Source: Pseudomonadota bacterium
GTDB taxonomy: Bacteria; Pseudomonadota; Gammaproteobacteria; Nevskiales; Nevskiaceae
Direction of reading: 5' to 3'
DNA length: 64,000 bases
NCBI GenBank assembly: GCA_038043245.1
Contig: JBBTCH010000003.1
Span: forward strand, 100,601 to 164,600
The notes under the pieces: generated by a model
What the model was told of the DNA's origin: nothing
What the model saw: only the letters and a program-made list of their open reading frames with translations
Database searches by the model: none
Shown here: piece after piece, positions 7,907-16,716 of the stretch
Position numbering within the stretch: the stretch's first letter is position 1
How the letters are laid out: every line of letters begins with the position of its first letter
Position numbers and translations under genes: made by a program

Positions 7907-10486
7907 ATGCGGGCCGCGTGCCTGATGATTGTCGCGGGCCTCGGCGCATGTGGCGAGAGCCGGCCTCGCGAGCCGGCCCGTTCAATGCAGGCGGCAAGCC
8001 CGCAGATCGAAACCAGCGCCGCAGGCTTTCTGTCACGCCCTGAGATCGTGCTGCCGCCCCGCAGCCAGGTCATCAAGAGCGTGGATCTCGCAGGCGGCTG
8101 CGGTATTGCCCCAAGCGACGGTGGCCGGCAGGTGGACGGCCGCGCGGAGGACTGGAAAGGCTCGCCGACGGAAATCGCCGGCACGCATCGTTACGACGCG
8201 GGCGAATACCTGTGGAGCGACTTTCCGTTCGACGACGCCGGCGACGGCGCTTTTCAGTATCCCGGCGAAGCCACGCCGATCGTGGCGCAGGACGGCACCG
8301 CCGGAACCGCCAGCGAGCTGATGCAGCGTTACGGCGCGAACGCGGCCGACGTCGTCGAATTCCGCGCGGCGGCGGATGCGTCCACGCTGTATCTGCTGGT
8401 GCGGCTGAATTTTCTTAACGCGCTCAACAGCACCGTCGTTGGGCTGGGGTTTGATCTGGATCGCAACTCCGCCACCGGTTTCACCGCCTGGCCGCGCGGC
8501 GCCAACATCGACAGCGCCGGTCGTGGCCTCGACTTGTTCATCACTGCGTTCGGGGCCTGCGCCTACGTTACGACGCCCGCCGGCGAGCAAGCGCTGGATG
8601 CGCAGGGCGGCGCGATCCACACCGGCACGCGCGACAACGTCATGGAGATCGCGCTGCCGCTGGCCTTGCTGAATGGCGCGCAGGTTTTCGATGTCGTTGG
8701 CGGTAGCGGCCTGTGGGACGCGGCTGCGCAGAGCTGGATGCCGGTGGCGATGTCCGGCTCGGGCGCCAACGCCAACCCGACGCCGCGCGGCAAAAACACC
8801 GCGGGTGCGCCGGAAGTGTTCAACCTGATGTTCCGCGACGACGAGGCTTCGATCAACGCCTGCGCCGGCGTCGTCAACACCGACGCCAACTGCATGCCGG
8901 CCTCGTTCCACTCGTTTCAGGCGCGCAATCAGGTGCAGGCGCTGCGCGCAGGTACCAGCGGCCCGTATGCCGCTCAACTCGATCTCGCACGCTTGCAGCC
9001 CGGTGCATCCAGCGATCCGCAAGTGATTCGGCGTGGCGCCGAGACGTTTTTCACCCGCGTCTACCGCTCGCGGATCGACGCCGAAGGCGTGCTGCTATCG
9101 GGCAACAACGCGGTGTTCACCAGCCGCTATCAGCCTTACACCCTGTACGTGCCGGCCTGTTTCGAGCAGGGCTGCGCGCAGTGGCCGGACCCGGCGCGCG
9201 CGCCGCTGGCGTTGCAGTTGCACGGCGGCGGCAACGATCACCTGTCCGCCTCGCCGCGGCCTTCGATCCCGGAAGGTGGCAATGCGCTCTACGGCAGCGA
9301 GGATTTCTTCGCCGCCTACGACCGCGAATCCGCCGCGCTGATCGCCAGTCCGCTTGGGCGCGGCCTGCAGTTGCCTTCGTGGCGTGGCTACGGCGAAGCG
9401 GACGTGCTCGAAGTGCTCGACTCAGTCCGTGCAACCTATCGCAGTGATTCTGAGCGGCAGGGCATCATCGGCGGATCACAGGGCGGCTTCGGCACGTTTC
9501 GCATGGCCGGGTTTTATCCCGACCTTTGGAATTCCGTCTCGGTCGAATGTCCGGTGGCCAACGAAGCCAGCTCCAGCAATCCGCAGGGTCATGTTGTGCC
9601 GTCCACCGTGCCGTTCGTGATCGACGTGCTGATCCCCGCGCTGATCAACCTGCCTTATCTGCAGGGCAGCGGCACGCTCGATCCACTGGCGCCCATCACC
9701 ATGAACCAGCGTTTGCGCGATGCGGCGCTGGCCGCCGGTCTCGACGTCAAGTACACCGAGTACCTCGCCGGCAGCCATTGCTTCGATGTCGCGCAGGCGG
9801 CCTATCCCTACACCAATGCCGACGCCGCCGCCGCTGCGCGCGCGCTGCTGCTGCCGCGCCTGGCCCAGCCGGCGCGCGTGCGCTACCGGATTGACCCGCG
9901 CCAATATCCGCCGGCGGCGTTCAACGGCTTGTTCGATATCCGCGATGTCGGCGTGAGCTATGCCGGTGCGAACTGGGTCTTTGGTCTGCGCATGCGCCCG
10001 GACATCGAGTCGCTGGCCGCTTCGGGCGGCGCACCCGGCGGCACCGACGAAACCTCTCTGGGAGATTTCACGGCCGTGAGCCACGCCCTGCCGGGCTGGC
10101 AGATCACCCTCGAAGATTGCGTTGAAGGCTTGCCGGTGGGCATCGCCGGGGTCGCTGGCGGCAACCCGCAGAGCGAGCCGCTGTTGTTCAGTCCCAATGC
10201 CTACCAATGTCAGCGCCAGGTGCGTGGCGGCGAGTTTGCGCCGCTGCTGGAGTTGAGCGCCAGGAATCTTGAAGCCGCGGCTGTGGACCTCGCCGCCGCC
10301 GGCCTCGCGGACCAGGCCTTTGCGGTGCAGGCGCAGGGCGACGGTGCGTTCGAACTGCATCTGACCGCGAGCGCCTTACGCAACGCCGGCGGCGCCTGCG
10401 TGCAGAAATTCACGGCCGAGTCCGAGAGTGCGATCCTGCATTTACAATTGAGCGCGAACCTCTGCGAGATTCGCCTTGAGCCCTAA
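7907..10486 (+). CDS. Large lipoprotein: glucodextranase-C-like N-terminal domain plus C-terminal alpha/beta hydrolase
   Basis: MRAACLMIVAGLGAC lipobox. YLWSDFPFDDAGDGAFQYPGE resembles the glucodextranase-like surface domain. GGSQGGFGTFRM is a GxSxG elbow. The ORF track start at 7871 is a TTG overlapping the upstream gene. Confidence 0.75.
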   Translation: MRAACLMIVAGLGACGESRPREPARSMQAASPQIETSAAGFLSRPEIVLPPRSQVIKSVDLAGGCGIAPSDGGRQVDGRAEDWKGSPTEIAGTHRYDAGEYLWSDFPFDDAGDGAFQYPGEATPIVAQDGTAGTASELMQRYGANAADVVEFRAAADASTLYLLVRLNFLNALNSTVVGLGFDLDRNSATGFTAWPRGANIDSAGRGLDLFITAFGACAYVTTPAGEQALDAQGGAIHTGTRDNVMEIALPLALLNGAQVFDVVGGSGLWDAAAQSWMPVAMSGSGANANPTPRGKNTAGAPEVFNLMFRDDEASINACAGVVNTDANCMPASFHSFQARNQVQALRAGTSGPYAAQLDLARLQPGASSDPQVIRRGAETFFTRVYRSRIDAEGVLLSGNNAVFTSRYQPYTLYVPACFEQGCAQWPDPARAPLALQLHGGGNDHLSASPRPSIPEGGNALYGSEDFFAAYDRESAALIASPLGRGLQLPSWRGYGEADVLEVLDSVRATYRSDSERQGIIGGSQGGFGTFRMAGFYPDLWNSVSVECPVANEASSSNPQGHVVPSTVPFVIDVLIPALINLPYLQGSGTLDPLAPITMNQRLRDAALAAGLDVKYTEYLAGSHCFDVAQAAYPYTNADAAAAARALLLPRLAQPARVRYRIDPRQYPPAAFNGLFDIRDVGVSYAGANWVFGLRMRPDIESLAASGGAPGGTDETSLGDFTAVSHALPGWQITLEDCVEGLPVGIAGVAGGNPQSEPLLFSPNAYQCQRQVRGGEFAPLLELSARNLEAAAVDLAAAGLADQAFAVQAQGDGAFELHLTASALRNAGGACVQKFTAESESAILHLQLSANLCEIRLEP

Positions 10487-10609
10487 GCCGGTCAACGTCG
10501 TCAAGAAATCCCGTCTCGCCCTCGCCACCCTAGCGCGCTTCGCCGGTGGGGTCTGGGTCATCGAGCTGCCGGCTGGCGGCAATCAGCTCAGCATCACGCC
10601 CTGAACCCC

Positions 10610-12298
10610 ATGAGCACGTATCCGCCCCCCACTGAAGCCTTCGTCCGCGCGCGTGATTTCCTGTTTGCGCATCGCAGCGATTACGCCGCCGCCTATGCCG
10701 GTTTCGAGTGGCCGCGCCTTGCGCAATTCAACTGGGCGCTGGATGTCTTCGATATCGAGGCGCGCGGCAATGTGGCGCTCGCCCTGTGGGTGGTGAACGA
10801 GGATGGCAGCGAGTCGCGCATCACTTACGAGCAGATGCGACAGCGCTCCAATCAGGCCGCCAATTTTCTGCGCGGCTGCGGTGTTGCGCGCGGCGATGTG
10901 CTGCTGATCATGCTGCCCAATGTGCTGCCGCTGTGGGAGCTGATGCTGGGGGCGATCAAGATCGGTGCGGTGCTCAGCCCCGCAACCACGCTGCTCGCAG
11001 CGGCGGATTTGCAGGATCGCATCACGCGCGGCGACATGCGCCTGGTGATTGCCGATGTCGCCAGCACGGCGAAGTTTTCTGAAGTGTCCGGCAGCTACAG
11101 CCGCATCGTGGTCGGCGGCAGCGTCGCGGGCTGGCAGCGCTACGAACCCGCAGTGGCAACCGAGTTCGTGCCGCAGGGCGCAACCGAGGCCAGCGATCCG
11201 CTGCTGCTCTACTTCACCTCCGGCACCACGGCGAAGCCGAAGATGGTGCAGCACACCCAGCAGAGCTATCCGGTCGGGCATCTCTCCACGCTCTACTGGC
11301 TGGGCCTCAAGCCCGGCGATGTGCACCTCAACATCAGCTCGCCCGGCTGGGCCAAGCATGCCTGGAGCTGTTTCTTCGCGCCCTGGAATGCCGGGGCGAC
11401 GGTGTTCATCAACAACCAGCCGCGCTTTGATGCCCGGCAGACCCTCAGCACGCTGGTGCGCTGTGGCGTCACCAGCCTGTGCGCGCCGCCGACGGTGTGG
11501 CGCGCACTGATTCTCGAAGACCTTGCCAGCTACCCGGTGCGGCTGCGCGAGTTGATTGGCGCGGGCGAGCCCTTGAACCCGGAGGTGATCGAGCGCGTGC
11601 GCGCGGCCTGGGGCCTCACCATCCGCGACGGTTACGGCCAGACCGAAACCACCTGCATGATCGGCAACCCACCGGGCTGGCCGGTGCGCGAGGGTTCGAT
11701 GGGGGTGCCGATGCCGGGTTACCGCATGGCGCTGGTGGATGAGAACGATGTGGCGAGCAATGAAGGCGAGATCGCGGTCGCACTGCGGCCTGCACCGGCG
11801 GGTGTGATGGCGGGCTATCGCGGCCAGCCGGAGCGCAATGCGGCGCTGCTGGGGGGTGCGTACTTCCGCAGCGCCGATGTCGCCCGCCGCGATGCCGAGG
11901 GCTATTACTGGTATGTCGGCCGCAGCGACGATGTGTTCAAGTGCTCGGACTACCGCCTGAGTCCGTTTGAACTCGAAAGCGCGCTGCTGGAGCACGCTGC
12001 CGTCGCCGAGGCCGCCGTGGTGCCCAGCCCGGATGCGATCCGCCTCAATGTGCCGAAGGCGGTGGTGGTGTTGAAGCCCGGCATGGCTGCTGATGCGCAC
12101 ACCGCGAAAGCGCTGTTCGACTTCATCCGCACGAGACTTGCGCCCTACCAGCGCATCCGCCGCATTGAGTTCGCTGAGCTGCCCAAGACCGTCTCCGGCA
12201 AAATCCGCCGGGTCGAGCTACGCGCCACGGCCGTCGAGCGTCAGCAACAAGGCCTACGCGGCCCTGCCGAGTTCTGGGAAGAGGATTTTTCAGCATGA
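10610..12298 (+). CDS. AMP-dependent acyl-CoA synthetase (medium-chain-like)
   Basis: LYFTSGTTAKPKMV AMP-binding motif, GYGQTETT and SGKIRR at the C-terminus. Confidence 0.9.
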   Translation: MSTYPPPTEAFVRARDFLFAHRSDYAAAYAGFEWPRLAQFNWALDVFDIEARGNVALALWVVNEDGSESRITYEQMRQRSNQAANFLRGCGVARGDVLLIMLPNVLPLWELMLGAIKIGAVLSPATTLLAAADLQDRITRGDMRLVIADVASTAKFSEVSGSYSRIVVGGSVAGWQRYEPAVATEFVPQGATEASDPLLLYFTSGTTAKPKMVQHTQQSYPVGHLSTLYWLGLKPGDVHLNISSPGWAKHAWSCFFAPWNAGATVFINNQPRFDARQTLSTLVRCGVTSLCAPPTVWRALILEDLASYPVRLRELIGAGEPLNPEVIERVRAAWGLTIRDGYGQTETTCMIGNPPGWPVREGSMGVPMPGYRMALVDENDVASNEGEIAVALRPAPAGVMAGYRGQPERNAALLGGAYFRSADVARRDAEGYYWYVGRSDDVFKCSDYRLSPFELESALLEHAAVAEAAVVPSPDAIRLNVPKAVVVLKPGMAADAHTAKALFDFIRTRLAPYQRIRRIEFAELPKTVSGKIRRVELRATAVERQQQGLRGPAEFWEEDFSA

Positions 12299-13095
12299 GC
12301 AATGCACAGCTGCCCGTCAGCATCGAACGGCGCGAGCGCACCGCTATCGTCACGCTCAACCGCGGCGACGGACGCAACGCGCTCAATACCGAGGCGATGA
12401 CCCTGCTGCGTGATATCGCTCTGGAGCTGGCGCGCGATCCCGATCTCGGCGTGGTGATCGTGCGCGGCGAGGGGGCGTTTTCTGCGGGTGTGGATCTTTC
12501 CGAGTTGGCGCAAGGCAAACCCGGTGCCGGAAAGACGGTCGCCGAGCTGCGCGAACTGGTGAAGCTCGGCCCGGCGATGTGCAAGGCCTGGGAAGACATC
12601 GAAGCGTTCACCATTGCCGCCATCGAGGGTTACTGTGTCGGTGGCGCTGCCGCGCTCGCCGCCAGCGTGGATTACCGCGTGCTGGGCGAATCGGCATTCC
12701 TGCGCCTGCCGGAAGTGCCGCTGGGCATCAACATGAGCTGGCAGACGATTCCGCGGCTGGTCGCGCAGATCGGCCCCGCGCGCACCAAGCAGTACGTGAT
12801 TCTGGGCAAGCGCATCGCCGCAAAGCAGGCGCTGGATTGGGGCTTGTGCGAAGAAGTCACAACGGACGGCAAAACGCTCGAAGCCGCGCAGAAACTCGCC
12901 GCCGAAATTCTGGACCTGCCGCCACTGCCGGTGCGCATGACCAAGCAGACCGTGAATGCCGTCGCCAACGCATTGAGCACGCTGACCTCGCACATGGACC
13001 GCGATCAGTACCTGTTGACGACCCAGACTCAGGATTTCGCCGAGGCTGTCGCCGCCTGGCGTGACAAACGCAAGCCGAAATTCACCGGGAATTGA
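12295..13095 (+). CDS. Enoyl-CoA hydratase/isomerase (crotonase) family
   Basis: The ATGA overlap with the upstream stop suggests translational coupling. FSAGVDL and AAIEGYCVGGAAALA are crotonase motifs. Confidence 0.9.
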   Translation: MSNAQLPVSIERRERTAIVTLNRGDGRNALNTEAMTLLRDIALELARDPDLGVVIVRGEGAFSAGVDLSELAQGKPGAGKTVAELRELVKLGPAMCKAWEDIEAFTIAAIEGYCVGGAAALAASVDYRVLGESAFLRLPEVPLGINMSWQTIPRLVAQIGPARTKQYVILGKRIAAKQALDWGLCEEVTTDGKTLEAAQKLAAEILDLPPLPVRMTKQTVNAVANALSTLTSHMDRDQYLLTTQTQDFAEAVAAWRDKRKPKFTGN

Positions 13096-13097
13096 CC

Positions 13098-13219
13098 TAC
13101 CCGCTTGAGGCCATTTACAGGCTTCAGGGGCCGATTCCGAAAAACACGTGGTACTAAAAGTGTACCACCCGTTTTCTCGAACCGGTCTTGCAGGCTCTAA
13201 AAAGACCTCAAGCGGGTGG
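13098..13219. repeat. MITE-like element, copy A
   Basis: TACCCGCTTGAGG ... GTGGTACTAAAAGTGTACCAC (13148-13168) ... CCTCAAGCGGGTGG. The ends are terminal inverted repeats. Confidence 0.7.
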
Positions 13220-13284
13220 TGTTTTTAGGGGGCGTCTATCGCTCTACGGGAACCTTATCGGGTAGAATCGCGCTCCGAAAAAAC

Positions 13285-13361
13285 GCGCCCGTAGCTCAGT
13301 TGGATAGAGCACTTGGCTACGAACTAAGGGGTCGGAGGTTCGAATCCTTCCGGGCGCACCA
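13285..13361 (+). tRNA. tRNA-Arg: tRNA-Arg, anticodon ACG, CCA encoded
   Basis: Hand-folded cloverleaf. Acceptor GCGCCCG/CGGGCGC, D arm GCTC..GAGC, anticodon stem CTTGG/CTAAG with loop CTACGAA, T arm GGAGG-TTCGAAT-CCTTC. Confidence 0.95.
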
Positions 13362-13417
13362 GTTTTCGGACGAAAAAGAAACCCGCTCTTGGCGGGTTTT
13401 TTCGTTTGAGGACGCGC
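13341..13417 (+). repeat. Left copy of island-flanking direct repeat (tRNA 3' half plus terminator)
   Basis: Matches 24577-24657. The first 27 nt differ at one position. Confidence 0.8.
13379..13406. terminator. Rho-independent terminator after tRNA-Arg
   Basis: AAACCCGC-tcttg-GCGGGTTT followed by TTTCGTTT. Confidence 0.7.
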
Positions 13418-13678
13418 CCCGAGGTTCCCTCCGAGCGGCGGTAATACCACCCTGTCGAAGGTAGCGCGGCTCATCCATGAGCCGCAGCTTTCGGCCTCGC
13501 TACGCTCGCACTATCAGCATATCCATGTAGCTGATAGCCGAATCCTTCGGGGCCACATTTTTTAATGCACGGCAGGTCGTTTCCGTCCCGCCTCCCAACT
13601 GGTATAACAGCGCGCAAGAAGATGCGCCGGCATCCGACAAGGTTCAACTGCGACGACGTGCTGATTGGGGAGGAAAGG

Positions 13679-15049
13679 GTGGAAAAAATCACGCTGGATC
13701 AGCTGAAAGACCTCTATCCGCTTAACCAGCATCCAATACAGGTAGCGGAAGAACTGCTGCCGACGGTTCGAACCCGCTGGTATTCGAGCGGCCGTTCCCT
13801 GTTCAATGTCGGCGACAGTCCAGACGACTATTTTTACGTGCTCGAGGGTTCGGTCGTGCTGTCCGACCGCGACCAGCAGCGCGGTCAAACCGTCGGGCCG
13901 GTTTCGCAGGAAGAAGCGATTCCGATGCCGTACATGGTGCCCAGCGTTCATCTGGCATGGGCCGCCACTGACGCCAGAATTCTGCTGATCGATCGCAGGC
14001 AATTTCTGGATGTCATTCAGAAGGCCAAATCGCGCAGGCTCAGCGCGCTTGCCCAATCGTCCGCCGGCGGTTCCGCGGATCTATGGGCAGCCGACGCCGC
14101 CGTTTCCCATCCGGCCCCGGGAACCGTGCCTGCGCCGGCGATAAATCCAGGAGTTCGCGGGCCAGCCACGGCTCCCGCACCGATCTCCGAGGAATTCGAG
14201 AGAAATCTGGCGTTGGGCCGCGCGCAAATCCCTGAGCCGCCGCAAACGCCGATGCCGGCGCCCGATGAGCCCGAGCAGAAACCAGCGAGTGAGCCTCCGG
14301 CTGCGGATGCGCCGTTGCACAGCGAGCCCGGGACCGCCCACATGGAGCGCATCCTGCTGGTCGAGGATCACCCGACCGACGCCAAGATGGCGCAACTCAT
14401 GCTGAAAACACTGGGCTACGGTTCGGACTGGGTCAGCGGCGGCCCCCAGGCATTGAGCGCGATGGAGCGAAAGCGCTACCAGATTGTTCTTCTGGATGTG
14501 CAGCTGCCGGGGGTGGATGGGTTTGAAATCACGCGGTGTATCCGCGAACGCTGGCCCGGCGCCGCCGGGCCGCACATCATCGCGCTGACGGCGCGCAGCC
14601 TGAAGGGGGACCGCGAAGCCTGTCTTGCCGCCGGCATGGACGATTACATTCCCAAACCCATTTCCATTCACCTGCTGAGCGCAAAGCTCAATGACGAGAA
14701 CTGGGCGCTGGTGGATCCGAAGGTCATCGAGCATTTCGCCATGGCGGTCGGCAAGACCGGAGTGACCGCGCTGATCGACTCCTATCTGGACGCAATGCCC
14801 AGCATGATCGCGGACCTGCACAAGGCGGTGGCTGCAAATAATGCCAAAGACTTGCACCTTGCAGCGCATTCGCTGAAAGCGGCCGCGCAGGTTCTGGGCG
14901 TCCATCTCATCGCCGGTTACGCCGCGAAACTAGAAACCCTCGGCCGGTTCGCCAAGCTCGATGGCGCTCCGGCATTGCTCAGCCAGATCGACAGCGTGCG
15001 CCAGGAAACCGTGATCGAGCTGCAGAAGCTGCGCACGTTATATGGCTGA
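13679..15049 (+). CDS. cNMP-binding-like / receiver (REC) / Hpt fusion protein
   Basis: GGAGG lies 5 nt before the in-frame GTG at 13679; the ORF is open from 13565. GRSLFNVGDSPDDYFYVLEGSVVL is CAP-effector-like. REC: ILLVEDHPTD...LLDVQLPGVDG...YIPKP. Hpt: AAHSLKAAAQVLG. Confidence 0.75.
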   Translation: MEKITLDQLKDLYPLNQHPIQVAEELLPTVRTRWYSSGRSLFNVGDSPDDYFYVLEGSVVLSDRDQQRGQTVGPVSQEEAIPMPYMVPSVHLAWAATDARILLIDRRQFLDVIQKAKSRRLSALAQSSAGGSADLWAADAAVSHPAPGTVPAPAINPGVRGPATAPAPISEEFERNLALGRAQIPEPPQTPMPAPDEPEQKPASEPPAADAPLHSEPGTAHMERILLVEDHPTDAKMAQLMLKTLGYGSDWVSGGPQALSAMERKRYQIVLLDVQLPGVDGFEITRCIRERWPGAAGPHIIALTARSLKGDREACLAAGMDDYIPKPISIHLLSAKLNDENWALVDPKVIEHFAMAVGKTGVTALIDSYLDAMPSMIADLHKAVAANNAKDLHLAAHSLKAAAQVLGVHLIAGYAAKLETLGRFAKLDGAPALLSQIDSVRQETVIELQKLRTLYG

Positions 15050-15404
15050 ACCTGCCCGGGAGCTCGACCCTGACGCCCTGAAAAAACTGGCCGAGATCAT
15101 CGGCCACGACGGCGCCATCGAGATCGTTCAGACCTTCCGCGCTGATATCCAGAACCGGCTCACGGAGTTCAAGACCGGGTTACAGCAGGGTGACTTAAAA
15201 CTGGTTGAGCGCGCCGCGCACACGCTGAAGTCGGGGTCGGCCTACGTGGGAGGCCATTCATTTGCCGGCCTGTGCCAGACGCTGGAAACCGCAGCGAGCG
15301 AGAGCAGAACGGAAATTCTGCTCGAAAAGCAACATGAATTCGAACAGCGCCTGCTGCGCATCAGCGCGGAGCTTCTGGCGCTGGAGTCAGGCGCCAACAG
15401 TTGA
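15042..15404 (+). CDS. Stand-alone histidine phosphotransfer (Hpt) protein
   Basis: AAHTLKSGSAYVGG Hpt motif. Its start overlaps the upstream stop (ATGGCTGA). Confidence 0.75.
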   Translation: MAEPARELDPDALKKLAEIIGHDGAIEIVQTFRADIQNRLTEFKTGLQQGDLKLVERAAHTLKSGSAYVGGHSFAGLCQTLETAASESRTEILLEKQHEFEQRLLRISAELLALESGANS

Positions 15405-15456
15405 AGCGACGGCGGTGCCCGTACCCGCGGCCTCCGCTCGTAGAAATTCCCAAAAC

Positions 15457-15491
15457 CCCGACTTTCGTCGGGAACCCGACTTAGGTCGGGT
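15457..15491 (+). other. Two tandem near-identical hairpins between the Hpt gene and the pilin gene
   Basis: CCCGAC-tttc-GTCGGG (15457-15472) and ACCCGAC-ttag-GTCGGGT (15474-15491). Confidence 0.35.
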
Positions 15492-15597
15492 ATGAAATAT
15501 CTACACCCCTGCCTACAGTGCCGGCGCACTCAGGAGGGCTTGGTTGTTCGCCATCAACGCCTGGGCCCTTCACTCACATACATCAGGAGATGTACAC

Positions 15598-16080
15598 ATG
15601 AAAACAGCAATTCGTAGTTTTGCCGCCGTCGTTGTGGTCGCTGTGGCCTCTTCATCGGCGTTCGCTGCAAGCAGCACCCATGATCTGGCCGTGTCAGCCC
15701 AGATCAATGGCAATTGCAAATTCAACGGCGCCGGCCCGACCGCGCTGACCCTCGCCAACAGCGGCGCCCTGATTGATACGTCCCTGGCGACCGACGCCAC
15801 CGGCTCGGCCACCGTGCCGTTCCGTTGCACCAAGGGCACGACGTCAGCGATCTCGGCGGGCAATGGTCTGCACTTCGCCGGCGGCTCGCGCAATGTGGAT
15901 TCGGGCACGGAAACCATGGCGTACTCGCTGGCCCTGTCGGATGACGCGCAGGTCGGTACTGGCCACGGCGCCGGTCAGGATCTGACCCTGACGGTCGATG
16001 GCACGATCGCCTTCGCGAATCACCAGAACGCCAGCGCGGGCACCTACACGGACACCGTGGTTCTGACCATCACCCCGTAA
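15598..16080 (+). CDS. Spore-coat-U (SCPU) domain pilin, likely major subunit (CsuA/B-like)
   Basis: AGGAGA lies 7 nt upstream. Signal peptide ends ...SSSAFA. C-terminal AGTYTDTVVLTITP is typical of SCPU/Csu subunits. Confidence 0.85.
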   Translation: MKTAIRSFAAVVVVAVASSSAFAASSTHDLAVSAQINGNCKFNGAGPTALTLANSGALIDTSLATDATGSATVPFRCTKGTTSAISAGNGLHFAGGSRNVDSGTETMAYSLALSDDAQVGTGHGAGQDLTLTVDGTIAFANHQNASAGTYTDTVVLTITP

Positions 16081-16103
16081 TTTTTCTCCCTAGGCACAAG
16101 ACC

Positions 16104-16145
16104 AAGGCTGCGGCAGGATATCGCCGCAGCCTTTTCTTTTTCCGG
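16104..16145 (+). terminator. Rho-independent terminator/attenuator after the major pilin gene
   Basis: AAGGCTGCGGC-aggatatc-GCCGCAGCCTT followed by TTCTTTTTCC. Confidence 0.6.
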
Positions 16146-16198
16146 GGCTGTGCTGGCGATCTTCCTTCGCCAGACCCGGAAAGGCCGAAGGTGTTTTC

Positions 16199-16687
16199 AT
16201 GAATCTACGTCAACGCACCGTGTTTGCCGTGCTGGCCTTCGGGCTGACGGCAATGGCGTGCCCGGCCCGGGCCGCTGGTTCGCACACGCTGTCGGTCGGC
16301 GCCACGATCCTGTCCAAGAATCAATGCAAGTTCACCAATGGCGGACCGACTGCGCTTGCGTTCGGCGCGATTGACCCTTCATCGCCTGCGGACAGCACCG
16401 CGACGGCCACCACCACCTTCAAGTGCACCGGCTCGAGTCCGATGGCGACCTATCAGATCACCTCGGACGACGGCCTGTACGAAACCAGCACGAGTGCGCC
16501 GCGGATGCGCCATGGCACCAACCTGGCCGAATTCCTGCCGTACTCAATCAACCTGCCGCAGTCCGCGACGGTCCCCAAAAACGTGACCCAGACCCTGACG
16601 GTCAACGGCACCATCCTCGCTGCGCAGTTTCAGAATGCGCTGGCCGGTGCCTATAGCGACACGGTGGTTCTCACGATTTCGCCGTGA
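16199..16687 (+). CDS. SCPU-domain pilin subunit (CsuA-like)
   Basis: Signal peptide and C-terminal AGAYSDTVVLTISP. Confidence 0.85.
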   Translation: MNLRQRTVFAVLAFGLTAMACPARAAGSHTLSVGATILSKNQCKFTNGGPTALAFGAIDPSSPADSTATATTTFKCTGSSPMATYQITSDDGLYETSTSAPRMRHGTNLAEFLPYSINLPQSATVPKNVTQTLTVNGTILAAQFQNALAGAYSDTVVLTISP

Positions 16688-16716
16688 TGTGTCGTCACCG
16701 CCTGCCCTGCTAGGCT

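Noticed and set aside
10583-12100. 505-aa minus-strand ORF opposite the acyl-CoA synthetase
   Set aside because: The plus strand carries unmistakable AMP-binding motifs. The antisense product is low-complexity and Arg/His/Ala-rich.
13216-13474. Small ORFs (82 aa on plus, 76 aa on minus) overlapping tRNA-Arg, and the analogous ORFs at 24467..24902 overlapping the orphan repeat
   Set aside because: They are translations of the tRNA, terminator and repeat sequence. Their similar peptides (..FESFRAHQFSDEKETRSWRVF.. / ..ARQFSAKKETRFWRV..) simply reflect the DNA repeat.
13362-13678. Search for an integrase or excisionase remnant at the island's left end, and anywhere within 13.4-24.6 kb
   Set aside because: No ORF with tyrosine- or serine-recombinase features was found in any frame. 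Only short low-complexity ORFs occur, so the island is reported as integrase-less rather than a gene being inferred.
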